Shown: positions 9,671 through 18,703, counted from the stretch's first letter. The stretch: DNA of 64,000 nucleotides from Candidatus Eiseniibacteriota bacterium (GCA_963776245.1 CAVZLN010000003.1:672001-736000); one strand, 5' to 3'. Notes: generated by a model not told the origin, from the sequence alone. Made by a program: numbers and translations.

Positions 9671-11014
9671 CTAGGCGCCGGTGCTGCCCGGGGCCGTGTC
9701 GGCGGCGGAGCCCTCCATCACCCAGCGCACGCCCTTGGAGCACGGGCAGGTGCCGCCGACGCGCTTGAGTTTCGGCATCGCCATGATGGCGTCCTTCACC
9801 GTCATCGTGCCGCCGGCCACGCCCCGCAGCGCGGTCGCGTAGTTCGTCATGTCCCGGCTCGCGACGTAGCCCTCGTTGAGCTGCTTCGCGAGGTAGCGAA
9901 GGTACTCGCCGGCGTCGGTGAACGACTCGCCGTCCACGCCCACCATCTGGAACGCGGGCTCGCCCTTGCGGCGGAAGAAGCGCCGGTCGGGCGTGCGCAG
10001 CAGGTCCTCGTGCCTCACGCCGCGGTGCGCGCCGCGCGAGCGCTCGATCTCGTCGAGCGCCTGCTCGGCCTGCGCGGGAGCATACTCGGGGAAGCGCGCG
10101 CGCAGGAAACGCAGGTTGATGTCGCGCATCATGCGCTGGACCTCGTCGATGTAGCGGTCCTGCGCCTCGCGATTCTTGAGGTCCTTGAAGCCGAACTTCA
10201 CGTTGGTGTCGCCGCCGCGCTCGTCCCCGAACATCTCGAGCGCGCGCGGGAACCACTTGCTCACCGCGCGCTGGATCGCCTGCATGGTGATGAACGGATC
10301 GCCCTGCGCGGCCCGCTGCGCCCAGCGGCGCATCGGGATGACGCCGGCGGCGAGGTGGAACGCCTCCTCGCGCAGCATCGGCGGCATGCTGTCGGCCATC
10401 GGCCGGTACGCGCACACCTTCTGCATGGTGAGCTGGTACTTGCCGACGCGGTCCACCAGCGCGGCGAACACGATGTTGTCGATGAACGAGTCGTAGTCGA
10501 GGTTGAACGCGTCGAGGACGTGATTGCCCGTCTGCATCGACAGGATCTCCTCGACCATCTGCTCGCCGGTCACGCCGCCCGAGACGTGGGTCCAGTCCTT
10601 CGACAGCAGCAGGTGGAGCATCTGGTAACCGTGCCGGAGCTCCTCGGCCATCACCCGCAGCACCCAGAAACGGTCCTGGTCGTCGGTGGCGCGCTCGAGC
10701 GTGCCCGCGTGCTGCTGGATCGAGCCGAACTCGGTCGAGGCCTGGGCGCGGATGATGGCGAGCAGGTGGCTGGCCTCCTCCTCGCTCATCTCGTCGGGGT
10801 CGTGGCGCTTGGCCTCGCCGGCGTGCTCGCCGATCTGGATCAGGTCGCTGGTGCCGACCTCCATCTTGGCGCACAGGCAGAACTCCTCGTCGGTCGGGAA
10901 GTACTTCTGCCAGTTCGCCCGCAGCGACTCGTAGTCCTTGAAGTTGTGGCGGCGCCAGTGCTCGACGGCGTCGTGGTACTTCTTCTCGAGCGTGGTGTTC
11001 TCCACCTTCATCAT
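9671..11014 (-). CDS. BoxB/PaaA-like ferritin-fold diiron (acyl-CoA epoxidase-type) protein
   Basis: AQASTEFGSIQQH, MAEELRHGYQM, VLDAFN, DRVGKYQL, MLREEAFHL and WFPRALEMFG parallel the benzoyl-CoA epoxidase BoxB motifs. The real start is the ATG at 11014 (ATGA overlap with the GNAT stop). Confidence 0.75.
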   Translation of the reverse strand: MMKVENTTLEKKYHDAVEHWRRHNFKDYESLRANWQKYFPTDEEFCLCAKMEVGTSDLIQIGEHAGEAKRHDPDEMSEEEASHLLAIIRAQASTEFGSIQQHAGTLERATDDQDRFWVLRVMAEELRHGYQMLHLLLSKDWTHVSGGVTGEQMVEEILSMQTGNHVLDAFNLDYDSFIDNIVFAALVDRVGKYQLTMQKVCAYRPMADSMPPMLREEAFHLAAGVIPMRRWAQRAAQGDPFITMQAIQRAVSKWFPRALEMFGDERGGDTNVKFGFKDLKNREAQDRYIDEVQRMMRDINLRFLRARFPEYAPAQAEQALDEIERSRGAHRGVRHEDLLRTPDRRFFRRKGEPAFQMVGVDGESFTDAGEYLRYLAKQLNEGYVASRDMTNYATALRGVAGGTMTVKDAIMAMPKLKRVGGTCPCSKGVRWVMEGSAADTAPGSTGA

Positions 11015-11487
11015 CGCCGCGCCTCCCCGGCCGCGGGTGCGATCCGCACCTCGAGCGCCTGGAGCGGAGACGGCGCGAAGCCGAGCTTCTCCAGGAACCC
11101 CGCCACCGCCGCGTCCTTCCGGTCCACCAGCGTGCGCACCGACGCCGCGCCCTGCGCGCGGAAGTGCGCCACCATCGCCTCGTACATCCGGCGCCCGAGG
11201 TCGCGGCCACGGCAGTCGGGGTCGAGGCCGAAGCGCTCGATCCAGCCGCAGGTCTCGTCGATCCCGAACTCGCCGGCCCGCAGGTCGCCCAGCATGAATC
11301 CCACCACCCGGCCGTCCACCTCGCACACCTGCGAGACCTCGGGATCGCGCCGCAGGGAGAACATCACGCGCTGCTCCCAGAAGTCGGGACGGTAGATGCC
11401 GGAGAGGCGCTCGTCGATCCTCACGATCGCGCCGATGTCGAGCTCGTCGAGCGGGCGCACGCGGCTTCCGGTCAGGGCGTCGGGCAT
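11011..11487 (-). CDS. GNAT family N-acetyltransferase-fold protein
   Basis: VRPLDELDIGAIVRID, VVGFMLGDLRAGEFG, motif A GLDPDCRGRDLGR, FLEKLGF. Confidence 0.85.
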   Translation of the reverse strand: MPDALTGSRVRPLDELDIGAIVRIDERLSGIYRPDFWEQRVMFSLRRDPEVSQVCEVDGRVVGFMLGDLRAGEFGIDETCGWIERFGLDPDCRGRDLGRRMYEAMVAHFRAQGAASVRTLVDRKDAAVAGFLEKLGFAPSPLQALEVRIAPAAGEARR

Positions 11488-11572
11488 GTGGGAAGGCCTC
11501 CGGGGCGGGTCCTTGGGATGGACGAGGGCGCGAGGACAGTATCAGGCGGAGGCGCCGGGCGGCCAGCGCGAA

Positions 11573-11588
11573 GAACGAACGTATGTTC
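11573..11588. promoter_or_regulatory. Palindromic operator-like site upstream of the GNAT-boxB-like operon
   Basis: GAACGAACGTATGTTC contains GAAC-N4-GTTC (Cheo/LexA-box form) and an AAC-N8-GTT TetR-like pseudo-palindrome; it is an AT-rich island in GC-rich intergenic DNA. Confidence 0.5.
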
Positions 11589-11675
11589 AGGTTCGCCGGG
11601 CTGGCGGGCGCGCGCCCCGCCCGGGGAGCCGCCCGGGTGGCCGGCCGGCGGGGTGCCGGGGTGGCGCGCGGGGCC

Positions 11676-13052
11676 CTAGGCCTCGGCGGGCGCCAGCCGC
11701 GTGATCACCTGCACCCGCCGGCGCGCGGGGTCGGGCGGCATCCACGAAGGCGCGAAGTCCACCGGCAGGCCCGGCGAGGCGGCGCGGCTCCAGAGCGGGC
11801 GCGCCACCTCGCCGCACAGCGCGTCCGCGAAGTCCGGGTCCACCGCTTCGGCCGCGCGGCACGCGCTGTCGTGCGCCTCGGCCGGGGCCAGCCGCGGCTC
11901 CGGCCGGCGCCCCGCGAGGTGGCGTGCGAGCCAGCCGCTCAGGCGCGGACGCAGGTCGGCGAGCACGTTGAAGCAGTCGTGGCCGCCGCGGGGATAGAAC
12001 ACGAACTCGCGCTCGCAGCGCGCGCGCTCGAAGATGCGCGAAGCCTCGCGCCGCGGCGTCAGCAGGTCGTGCCCGCCGCCGGCGAGGAACAGGGGCGCCC
12101 GCAGGTGCTCGATGGCGCCGTCGAGCGTCAGCCGGCCGACCGCCTCGCCCATCTCGGACTCGGCCACGCCGTAGAGCGCCGCCAGTTCGCGGCGCATGCC
12201 GGCGAGCGTGATGTTCCAGTAGACGTCGAGCGAGTACGGCGGGCTCACCGCGGCGACCGCGCGCACCCGCGGGTCGTGCGCCGCCATGCGGATCGCCATG
12301 TAGCCGCCCAGGCTCAGCCCGGCGAGCGCCACCGCGCTGGCGTCCAACTCGGGGTGGCCCTCGATGGCGTCGATGATGGACACGCCGACCGGCCGCGGCT
12401 CGGCCACCATCGAGAGGCGGTGGAACGTCTGCCCCAGCCCCGGTCCATCGAACACGATCGTGGCCAGGCCCTGCTCGAGCAGCGCGTCGCTCCACCAGTG
12501 CAGCTCCTCCTTCACCGCGTTGGTGCCGTTGAACATCACCACCACGGGCGCCGGCCGCGGCCCGCGCGGCACGCGCAGGTAGCCGCGCATCGCACGGCGG
12601 CGATGGACGAACTCGAACGGGCGCGCCGGGGGATCCACGCAGGGCGCCGCCTTCTCGTAGGCGCGCACGCACGCCTCGTGGAGCGCGCGCTTGCGCGCGA
12701 TGTCCATGAAGATGACGTACTGGGCGAAGTTGAACGCCGCGGAGGACCCCAGCCACATCCGCCCGGCGTCCCCATCGAGCCCGCGTTCGTGCGCGTCGTC
12801 GCCGGCGCGCTCGAGCTCGAGCCCGAGGTCCTGCCAGTTGTCCACCCACGACTCGAGATCGGTCGAGCGCCGGAGCACCCGGTCGAGGTCGTCGGGCGTC
12901 ACGCCGGAGTTGGTGAACTGCAGCCGGGCCCACTCCGGCATCTGCCGGGCGACGCCGAGACGCAGCGAGAGGCGCACGAACCCGGGCCGCAGCAGCTGAC
13001 TGCGCAGCAGATGCGGGACGAGGAGTTCGAGTCGTCCACCCCGGAGGTCCAT
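11676..13052 (-). CDS. Alpha/beta hydrolase, FrsA / 2,6-dihydroxypseudooxynicotine hydrolase-like
   Basis: GYLRVP, FNGTNAVKEE, FDGPGLG, nucleophile elbow GLSLGG, GGHD, GGHDCFN. Confidence 0.8.
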   Translation of the reverse strand: MDLRGGRLELLVPHLLRSQLLRPGFVRLSLRLGVARQMPEWARLQFTNSGVTPDDLDRVLRRSTDLESWVDNWQDLGLELERAGDDAHERGLDGDAGRMWLGSSAAFNFAQYVIFMDIARKRALHEACVRAYEKAAPCVDPPARPFEFVHRRRAMRGYLRVPRGPRPAPVVVMFNGTNAVKEELHWWSDALLEQGLATIVFDGPGLGQTFHRLSMVAEPRPVGVSIIDAIEGHPELDASAVALAGLSLGGYMAIRMAAHDPRVRAVAAVSPPYSLDVYWNITLAGMRRELAALYGVAESEMGEAVGRLTLDGAIEHLRAPLFLAGGGHDLLTPRREASRIFERARCEREFVFYPRGGHDCFNVLADLRPRLSGWLARHLAGRRPEPRLAPAEAHDSACRAAEAVDPDFADALCGEVARPLWSRAASPGLPVDFAPSWMPPDPARRRVQVITRLAPAEA

Positions 13053-13129
13053 CGCCGCCTCGTCGTGAAGGTCCGCTGCGTGCCGGTCGTCAGGAAGGCG
13101 CGGGGGGCACGCCTCCAACCCTTTGAGAG

Positions 13130-13145
13130 TGCAGGGCCCGTGCCA
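13130..13145 (-). promoter_or_regulatory. Sigma54 (-24/-12) promoter
   Basis: TGGCACGGGCCCTGCA (GG-N10-GC), about 80 nt upstream of the hydrolase start. Confidence 0.65.
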
Positions 13146-13344
13146 TCGGTGCGGACGGGTTTGGGGCCGCTCCTGGCGCGGTGCGCGCGCGTCCCGCGAG
13201 GCGGCCGGCGCGGACACGGCCCGTGTCCGGCCGCGGCGCCCGGGGTCGCGGCGCCCGGGTGCCACCTCCGTCCGCTGGGCCAGCCCACCCGCGGCCGGGT
13301 GGGGCCGCGCAGCGGCGGCGCCACGCCGTGGGGCGCCCCCGCCG

Positions 13345-14217
13345 CTAGCCCCTCGCTCCCGCCCTCCGCCGGCGATGGTCCTCGGCCAGCGAACGCGCCA
13401 CGCCCGTGTCGCCGAGCGGGTGGCCGTCGAGCGTGCCGACCCGCACGATCTCCTGCACCGAGTTGGTGAGGAAGACCTCGTCGGCCCCCAGCAGGTCGTC
13501 GAGTCTCAACGCGCCCTCGTGCGCGGGGAGGCCGCGCGCGGCGCACGATCCGAGCACCAGGGCGCGCGTGATGCCCGGCAGGATGCCGCGCGCCAGCGGG
13601 GGCGTGACCACCCCGCCACGCGCTACCACGAACACGTTGCTGGACGCGCCTTCGAGCACTTCGCCGGCCGGCGAGAGGAGCAGTGCCTCGTCCGCGCCGG
13701 CGGCGCGCGCCTCGTCGCTCGCCAGCGCGTACGCGAGGCGGCTGGTGGTCTTGTGCGCGCCGAGCGGGCCGGGCTCGAACGGCGCCCGCGAGATCCGCAC
13801 CCTCGCCGCCCCCGCGCGCGTGCCGGGCCACAGCCGCGCGGACACCGGTTCAGCCTCGACCCACGCGCCGGCGCGCGTCGGGTGCCCGCCGGCGATGCCG
13901 CGCGTGATGGTGAGCCGTGCCACTGCGTCGCGCAGGCCTTCGGCGTCGAGCACCTGGCCGATGGCGTTGAGTAGCACGGACGGCGCGGCCGGGACCGGGA
14001 AGCCGAGGATGGCCGCCGACAGCACCAGACGCTCGAGATGGAGCTCCCAGGCGAACGGCTCGCCGTCATACACGCGCACGGTCTCGAACAGCCCCTGGCC
14101 GTCGCGCGCCCCGCGGTCCCACAGCGACAGCGATGCCTCGGCGCCGCGCACCAGCGCCCCGTTGACCCACGCGGCGCGCCCCGGCGCTCGCGCGCCGCGC
14201 GGCAGCGGCGCGCTCAT
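13345..14217 (-). CDS. pabC: Class IV aminotransferase / 4-amino-4-deoxychorismate lyase
   Basis: DRGARDGQGLFETVRV, LHLERL, HKTTS (PLP Lys), EGASSNVF, ILPGITR, EVFLTNS; lies downstream of pabB. Confidence 0.75.
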   Translation of the reverse strand: MSAPLPRGARAPGRAAWVNGALVRGAEASLSLWDRGARDGQGLFETVRVYDGEPFAWELHLERLVLSAAILGFPVPAAPSVLLNAIGQVLDAEGLRDAVARLTITRGIAGGHPTRAGAWVEAEPVSARLWPGTRAGAARVRISRAPFEPGPLGAHKTTSRLAYALASDEARAAGADEALLLSPAGEVLEGASSNVFVVARGGVVTPPLARGILPGITRALVLGSCAARGLPAHEGALRLDDLLGADEVFLTNSVQEIVRVGTLDGHPLGDTGVARSLAEDHRRRRAGARG

Positions 14218-14318
14218 CGCGCCGGCACCGCGGGGGAGTCGAGCGTCACCGGCCCCACCCATTCGGAGAGCGCCGCCCGCACGGGGGATGTGGGCGCGAC
14301 GAGCGCTGGCGCGCTCAT
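14214..14318 (-). CDS. Repeat-derived 34-aa mini-ORF 2 (MSAPALVAPTSPVRAALSEWVGPVTLDSPAVPAR)
   Basis: Open frame; its start overlaps the mini-ORF 1 stop (ATGA) and its stop overlaps the pabC ATG. Translation is unproven. Confidence 0.3.
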   Translation of the reverse strand: MSAPALVAPTSPVRAALSEWVGPVTLDSPAVPAR

Positions 14319-14419
14319 CGCGCCGGCACCCCGGGGGAGTCGAGCGTCACCGGCCCGACCCATTCGGAGAGCGCCGCCCGCACGGGGGATGTGGGCGCGA
14401 CGAGCGCTGGCGCGCTCAT
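14315..14419 (-). CDS. Repeat-derived 34-aa mini-ORF 1 (MSAPALVAPTSPVRAALSEWVGPVTLDSPGVPAR)
   Basis: Open frame starting in an ATGA overlap with the pabB stop. Translation is unproven. Confidence 0.3.
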   Translation of the reverse strand: MSAPALVAPTSPVRAALSEWVGPVTLDSPGVPAR

Positions 14420-15843
14420 CGCGCCGGCACCGCGGGGGAGTCGAGCGTCACCGGCCCCACCCATTCGGAGAGCGCCGCCCGCAGGCCTTCGATCTTGTGC
14501 AGGGTCTCGTCGTACTCGGCTTGCGGGTCGGAATCGGCCGTGATGCCTCCGCCGGCGGCGAACCTCACCGCGTCGGACGTCACGAGCGCGGTGCGGATGG
14601 CGATGTTCCAGTCGGCGTCGCCGCGCCAGTCGAGGTAGCCGATGGCCCCGGTGTAGACGTGGCGGCGGACCGGCTCGAGCGCCTCGAGGATCTCCATCGC
14701 GCGGATCTTGGGCGCCCCGGTGATGGACCCGCCGGGGAAGCACGCTTCGAGCAGGTCGAAGGCGTCGGCCCCCTCGCGCAGCGTGCCGGTGACCGTCGAG
14801 ACCAGGTGGTGCACCTGCGCGAAGGACTCGAGCGCGCACAACTCCGGCACCCTCACGCTGCCGGTCTCGCACACCCGCCCGAGGTCGTTGCGGAGCACGT
14901 CCACGATCATCACGTTCTCGGCGCGGTCCTTGGCGCTGGCCGCGAGCGCCGCCCGTTCGAGCGCGTCGGCGGCCGGGTCGGCGCGGCGCGGGCGGGTGCC
15001 CTTGATGGGGCGGGTCTCCACCTGGCGCCCGCGCAGCGTGAGGAAGCACTCCGGGCTCGCGGCGGCGACGGCATGGTCGGTAGCGCCGAGGAACGCCGCG
15101 TACGGCGAGGGCGAAAGCCGCGCCAGCGACTCGAACAGCCCGAGCGCGAACGCGGTGGGGGCGCCGGGCGCGAGCGGCAGCGTCCAGCGCTGCGAGAGGT
15201 TCGCCTGGAAGATGTCGCCGCGCGCGATGTGTCCGCGCACGCGCTCGACCGCGGCGCGGTACGCGTCGGGGGTGAAGCCGGAGACCGCGTGCGCGGGGGC
15301 TGCGCGCGGGGCGGGCGGCGCCGCGCGCGCCACGCGCGGGCGCTCGAACAGCGACTCGAACCGGTCGAGGCGCCGCACCGCGTGCGCGGCGCGCGCTCCG
15401 GCTTCGGCGAGCGGCAGCCCGCTCGCGAACGCCCAGGCCTCGCGGCGATCGTGGTCGAACACGCCCACCACGTCGTGCAACGCGACCAGGAAGTCGGGGA
15501 GCGCGAGGTCGTCCGCGGCGCGCGCCGGGAGCCGCTCGAGGCGGCGGCCGAAGTCGTAGGCCCAGTAGCCCACCGCGCCGCCGGTGAACGGGATGCGGGT
15601 GTGCGCCGGACCGTCGCTCCGCGCGCTCGCGGCGGCGGCTCGGAACGCCGCCTTGGTCGCCTCCCAGTCGCCGCCGCGGTGCACCGCGTACGGGTCGGCG
15701 CCGAAGAACGACCACCGCGCGCTCCCGCCGTCGACCGCCGAATGGAGCAGGAACGGGTGCGGCAGATGCGCGAGCGCGCGCAGCGCGTCCAGGGGATCGG
15801 CGACGCCCAGGGAACGCACGAGGGGAAGGGCCTGGCGGTCCAT
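14416..15843 (-). CDS. pabB: Aminodeoxychorismate synthase component I (chorismate-binding enzyme)
   Basis: PFTGGAVGYWAYD, GDIFQANLS, TRPIKGTRPR, KDRAENVMIVDVLRNDLGR, FPGGSITGAPK, NIAIRT, AGGGITADS. Confidence 0.88.
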   Translation of the reverse strand: MDRQALPLVRSLGVADPLDALRALAHLPHPFLLHSAVDGGSARWSFFGADPYAVHRGGDWEATKAAFRAAAASARSDGPAHTRIPFTGGAVGYWAYDFGRRLERLPARAADDLALPDFLVALHDVVGVFDHDRREAWAFASGLPLAEAGARAAHAVRRLDRFESLFERPRVARAAPPAPRAAPAHAVSGFTPDAYRAAVERVRGHIARGDIFQANLSQRWTLPLAPGAPTAFALGLFESLARLSPSPYAAFLGATDHAVAAASPECFLTLRGRQVETRPIKGTRPRRADPAADALERAALAASAKDRAENVMIVDVLRNDLGRVCETGSVRVPELCALESFAQVHHLVSTVTGTLREGADAFDLLEACFPGGSITGAPKIRAMEILEALEPVRRHVYTGAIGYLDWRGDADWNIAIRTALVTSDAVRFAAGGGITADSDPQAEYDETLHKIEGLRAALSEWVGPVTLDSPAVPAR

Positions 15844-15850
15844 GCGCGCG

Positions 15851-15879
15851 AGGGTAGGAGGGTGGCGGACGGGGGTCAA
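15851..15879 (-). promoter_or_regulatory. Sigma70-like promoter, leaderless pabB
   Basis: TTGACC-N17-TACCCT, 7 nt before ATG 15843. Confidence 0.6.
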
Positions 15880-16127
15880 CGATGGCGCCGGGGGACCGCG
15901 GAAGCGGGTGTGCGAGGGGCCGGCCGGGCGGTTCGCGGGGCCGCGCGGCGCGCGCACGCTCATCCTTGACACCCCCCGCCCTCGGTGCCAACGTCCGCGG
16001 CGTACTTCCGACGCGAAAGACGCGAGGGAGCGCCGGGTCCCGCCACGCTCGCGGGGCCGGCGCTCCGATGCGCCGCCTCGGACCGGCACGGATGCCGGGG
16101 TCGTTCCCGCGACGGCAGGGAGGCCGT

Positions 16128-17492
16128 TTGAGCTCGTTCCTCATCCAATCCGGCACGCTGGTGTGCATGGACGCGGCCCGCACCGTCCGGCGCGGCGACC
16201 TGCTGGTGCGCGATGACGTCATCGCGGCCCTCGGGGACGCGGTGCCCGCGGCGCTCGCCGCGCTGCCCGGCGGACGCGCGGACGAGACGCACGACGCCGC
16301 GGGCGCGCTGGTCGTGCCGGGCTTCGTGCACGGCCATCTCCACCTGTGCCAGACCCTGTTCCGCGGGCTCGCCGAGCAGGCCGACCTGCTGTGCTGGCTG
16401 CGCGAGAGCGTGTGGCCGCTCGAGGCCGCCCACACCGAGGCCTCGATCGCCGCGTCGGCCCGGCTCGGCGTGCTCGAGCTGCTGGCCGGCGGCGTGACGT
16501 GCGTGAACGACATGGGCACGGCGCGCCACACCGAGGCGATCGGCGCGGTGCTCGAGCAGTCCGGCCTGCGCGCGGTGTTCGGCAAGGCGCTCATGGACCA
16601 GGGCGCCGGCCTGCCCGCGGCGCTGCGCGAGGATCCCGCGCGCGCCCTGGACGACGCGCTGGCACTGGCGCGGCGCTTCCACGGGGCGGGCGACGGGCGG
16701 CTGCGGGTGTCGCTGGCGCCGCGCTTCATCCTCTCGTGCAGCGAGCGGCTGTGGCACGACGTCGCGGCGGCCTCGCACGAGCAGGGCCTGGTGGTGCACA
16801 CGCACATCGCCGAGGCGCCGAGCGAGGGCCGCGAGGTGGAGGCCAGCGTGGGCTCGAGCGCGGCGCGCTACTTCGCGCGCCAGGGCGTGCTCTCCCCGCG
16901 CTTCGTCGGGGCGCACGGGGTGTGGCTCGACGACGAGGAACTGGGCCTGCTCGCGCGCGCCGACGCGGCGCTCGTGCACTGCCCGGGCTCGAACCTGAAG
17001 CTCGGCTCGGGCTTCGCGGACCTGCGACGCTGGGCGCACGCCGGGGTGCGGCGCGGGCTCGGTTCGGACGGCGCGGCGTGCAACAACCGCCTCGACACCT
17101 TCCACGAGATGTCGCTGGCCGCGGGGCTCACCCGCGTGCTGGCGCCGCAGGGGTTCCTGAGCGCGCGCGACGTGGTGGCGCTCGCGACCATCGAGGGCGC
17201 GAGCGCCCTCGGACTGGGCGGCCTGATCGGTTCGCTCGAACCCGGCAAGCAGGCGGATGTCGTCGTGGTGGACGCCAGCGGCCCGCACCACGCGACCTCG
17301 CCCGATCGCGATCCGTACGTCGCGCTGGTGCACGCCGCCCGCCCCGACGACGTGCGCCTCACGATGGTCGCCGGACGGGCGCTCTATCGCGAAGGGGCGT
17401 GGGCCACGCTCGACCCCGGCCGGGTGCTGGGCGACGCGCGGAGCGAATCGGCGGCGCTCGCGCGGCGCGCGGACCTCGGGGTTCGGCCATGA
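16128..17492 (+). CDS. Amidohydrolase, 5'-deoxyadenosine/MTA-SAH deaminase family
   Basis: PGFVHGHLHLCQTLFRGLA, HTHIAE, AHGVWL, HCPGSNLKLGSG, LGSDGAACNN; TTG start with GGGAGG RBS. Confidence 0.85.
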   Translation: MSSFLIQSGTLVCMDAARTVRRGDLLVRDDVIAALGDAVPAALAALPGGRADETHDAAGALVVPGFVHGHLHLCQTLFRGLAEQADLLCWLRESVWPLEAAHTEASIAASARLGVLELLAGGVTCVNDMGTARHTEAIGAVLEQSGLRAVFGKALMDQGAGLPAALREDPARALDDALALARRFHGAGDGRLRVSLAPRFILSCSERLWHDVAAASHEQGLVVHTHIAEAPSEGREVEASVGSSAARYFARQGVLSPRFVGAHGVWLDDEELGLLARADAALVHCPGSNLKLGSGFADLRRWAHAGVRRGLGSDGAACNNRLDTFHEMSLAAGLTRVLAPQGFLSARDVVALATIEGASALGLGGLIGSLEPGKQADVVVVDASGPHHATSPDRDPYVALVHAARPDDVRLTMVAGRALYREGAWATLDPGRVLGDARSESAALARRADLGVRP

Positions 17493-18703
17493 TCATCGGA
17501 CCGTGCACCGTGGTGACCGGTGGCGCCGAGCCCCAGGTGCTCGAGGACGCCGGTGTGCGCATCGTCGGCGCGCACATCGCGCAGGTGGGCCCGGTCTCGA
17601 ACCTGGCGGCGTCCCATCCGAACGACACGCTGTGGCCGGCGCGCGGCCGGGTGCTGATGCCCGGGCTGGTGAACGCGCACACCCATCTCGGTCACCATCT
17701 GGCGCGCGGACTGGGGCTGCGCACGCCCGCGGAGTGGCGGCGCTACGAGCACGCGCTCTCGCCCGAGGATGTGTTCTGGGGCGCCACCGCGGCGCTGGTC
17801 GAGGGCCTGCGCCACGGCGTGACCACGGTGTGCGACTTCCACCGTTCGGGCTCCGCGGTCGATCTGTCGCTGTCCGAGATCCTCTCGGCCGCGCGCAAGA
17901 CCGGCGTGCGCGTGGCGACCTGCTACGGCGTGTCCGAACACGACACGCCGCTCGAGCGCAGCGCGGCGCTCGAGGAGAGCCTGACCTTCGCCGCCGATCT
18001 GCGCCGCCAGCGCGAGGGGCGGCTGCGCGCCACCGTCGGGGTGCAGGCGCACTCGCTGGCCGGCGTGGACGCGCTCCTCGCCGACGCGCTGGAGCGCGCC
18101 GCGGGGGCGCTGCCGGTGCACGTGGACCTGGCGCTCGACCTCACGCCCGCCGAGAAGTGGCGCGCGCAGCGGCGCTGGCAGGCGGGCGAGCAGCCCACGT
18201 TGTGGGCGCACGCCGACACCGCCCCGCGCGGCCTGCTGGCGATCGCGCAGGAGCGCGGCGACGCGCTCGCGACCGTGGGCGCGGCCACCGCGCTCGAGCG
18301 CGAGGCCGAGGTGTCGTGGGGGAGCGATTCGGGCGTCAACGCCCCGCCGCTGCCGGATGCGTCCAATCCGTGGGCCATGGGCGGCCGGCCCGACCTGCAC
18401 TACCGGCGCGTGTTCGTGCGCGGCGCGCGCTGGGCCGAGCGCCACTTCGGCGAGCGCCTCGGCCAGATCGCGCCGGGCGCGCCCGCCGACCTGCTGCTGG
18501 TGGACTACCGCCCGGCCACCGAGTTCTCGTCGCGCACCCTGATCGACCATCTCTGGTCGGGTCTGCTGCGCGCCCCGGTGTCGAGCGTGATGGTGGCCGG
18601 CGAGATCCTGGTCGACAATGGCACCCTCGTCGACGTGGACGAAGGCGAGGTCGCCGCGCGCGCGCGGGCGTGCGCGAAGCGAGTGTGGGAGCGGCTGGGA
18701 TAG
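17489..18703 (+). CDS. Amidohydrolase, SsnA-like, divergent
   Basis: MPGLVNAHTHL, GVTTVCDFH, RVATCYGVSE, GQIAPGAPADLLLVDY; ATGA overlap with the upstream gene. Confidence 0.75.
   Translation: MIIGPCTVVTGGAEPQVLEDAGVRIVGAHIAQVGPVSNLAASHPNDTLWPARGRVLMPGLVNAHTHLGHHLARGLGLRTPAEWRRYEHALSPEDVFWGATAALVEGLRHGVTTVCDFHRSGSAVDLSLSEILSAARKTGVRVATCYGVSEHDTPLERSAALEESLTFAADLRRQREGRLRATVGVQAHSLAGVDALLADALERAAGALPVHVDLALDLTPAEKWRAQRRWQAGEQPTLWAHADTAPRGLLAIAQERGDALATVGAATALEREAEVSWGSDSGVNAPPLPDASNPWAMGGRPDLHYRRVFVRGARWAERHFGERLGQIAPGAPADLLLVDYRPATEFSSRTLIDHLWSGLLRAPVSSVMVAGEILVDNGTLVDVDEGEVAARARACAKRVWERLG

Larger units (their letters stand above)
14207..14483. repeat. 101-bp tandem repeat: three 75-bp copies of the pabB-end/pabC-start junction separated by two identical 26-bp spacers
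   Basis: Copies at 14207-14281, 14308-14382 and 14409-14483; spacer cgggggatgtgggcgcgacgagcgct at 14282-14307 and 14383-14408. The middle copy differs at 14331 and 14357. Confidence 0.97.

Noticed and set aside
14207..14483. CRISPR array
   Set aside because: The repeats are 75 bp of coding sequence, the spacers are identical, and no cas genes are present.
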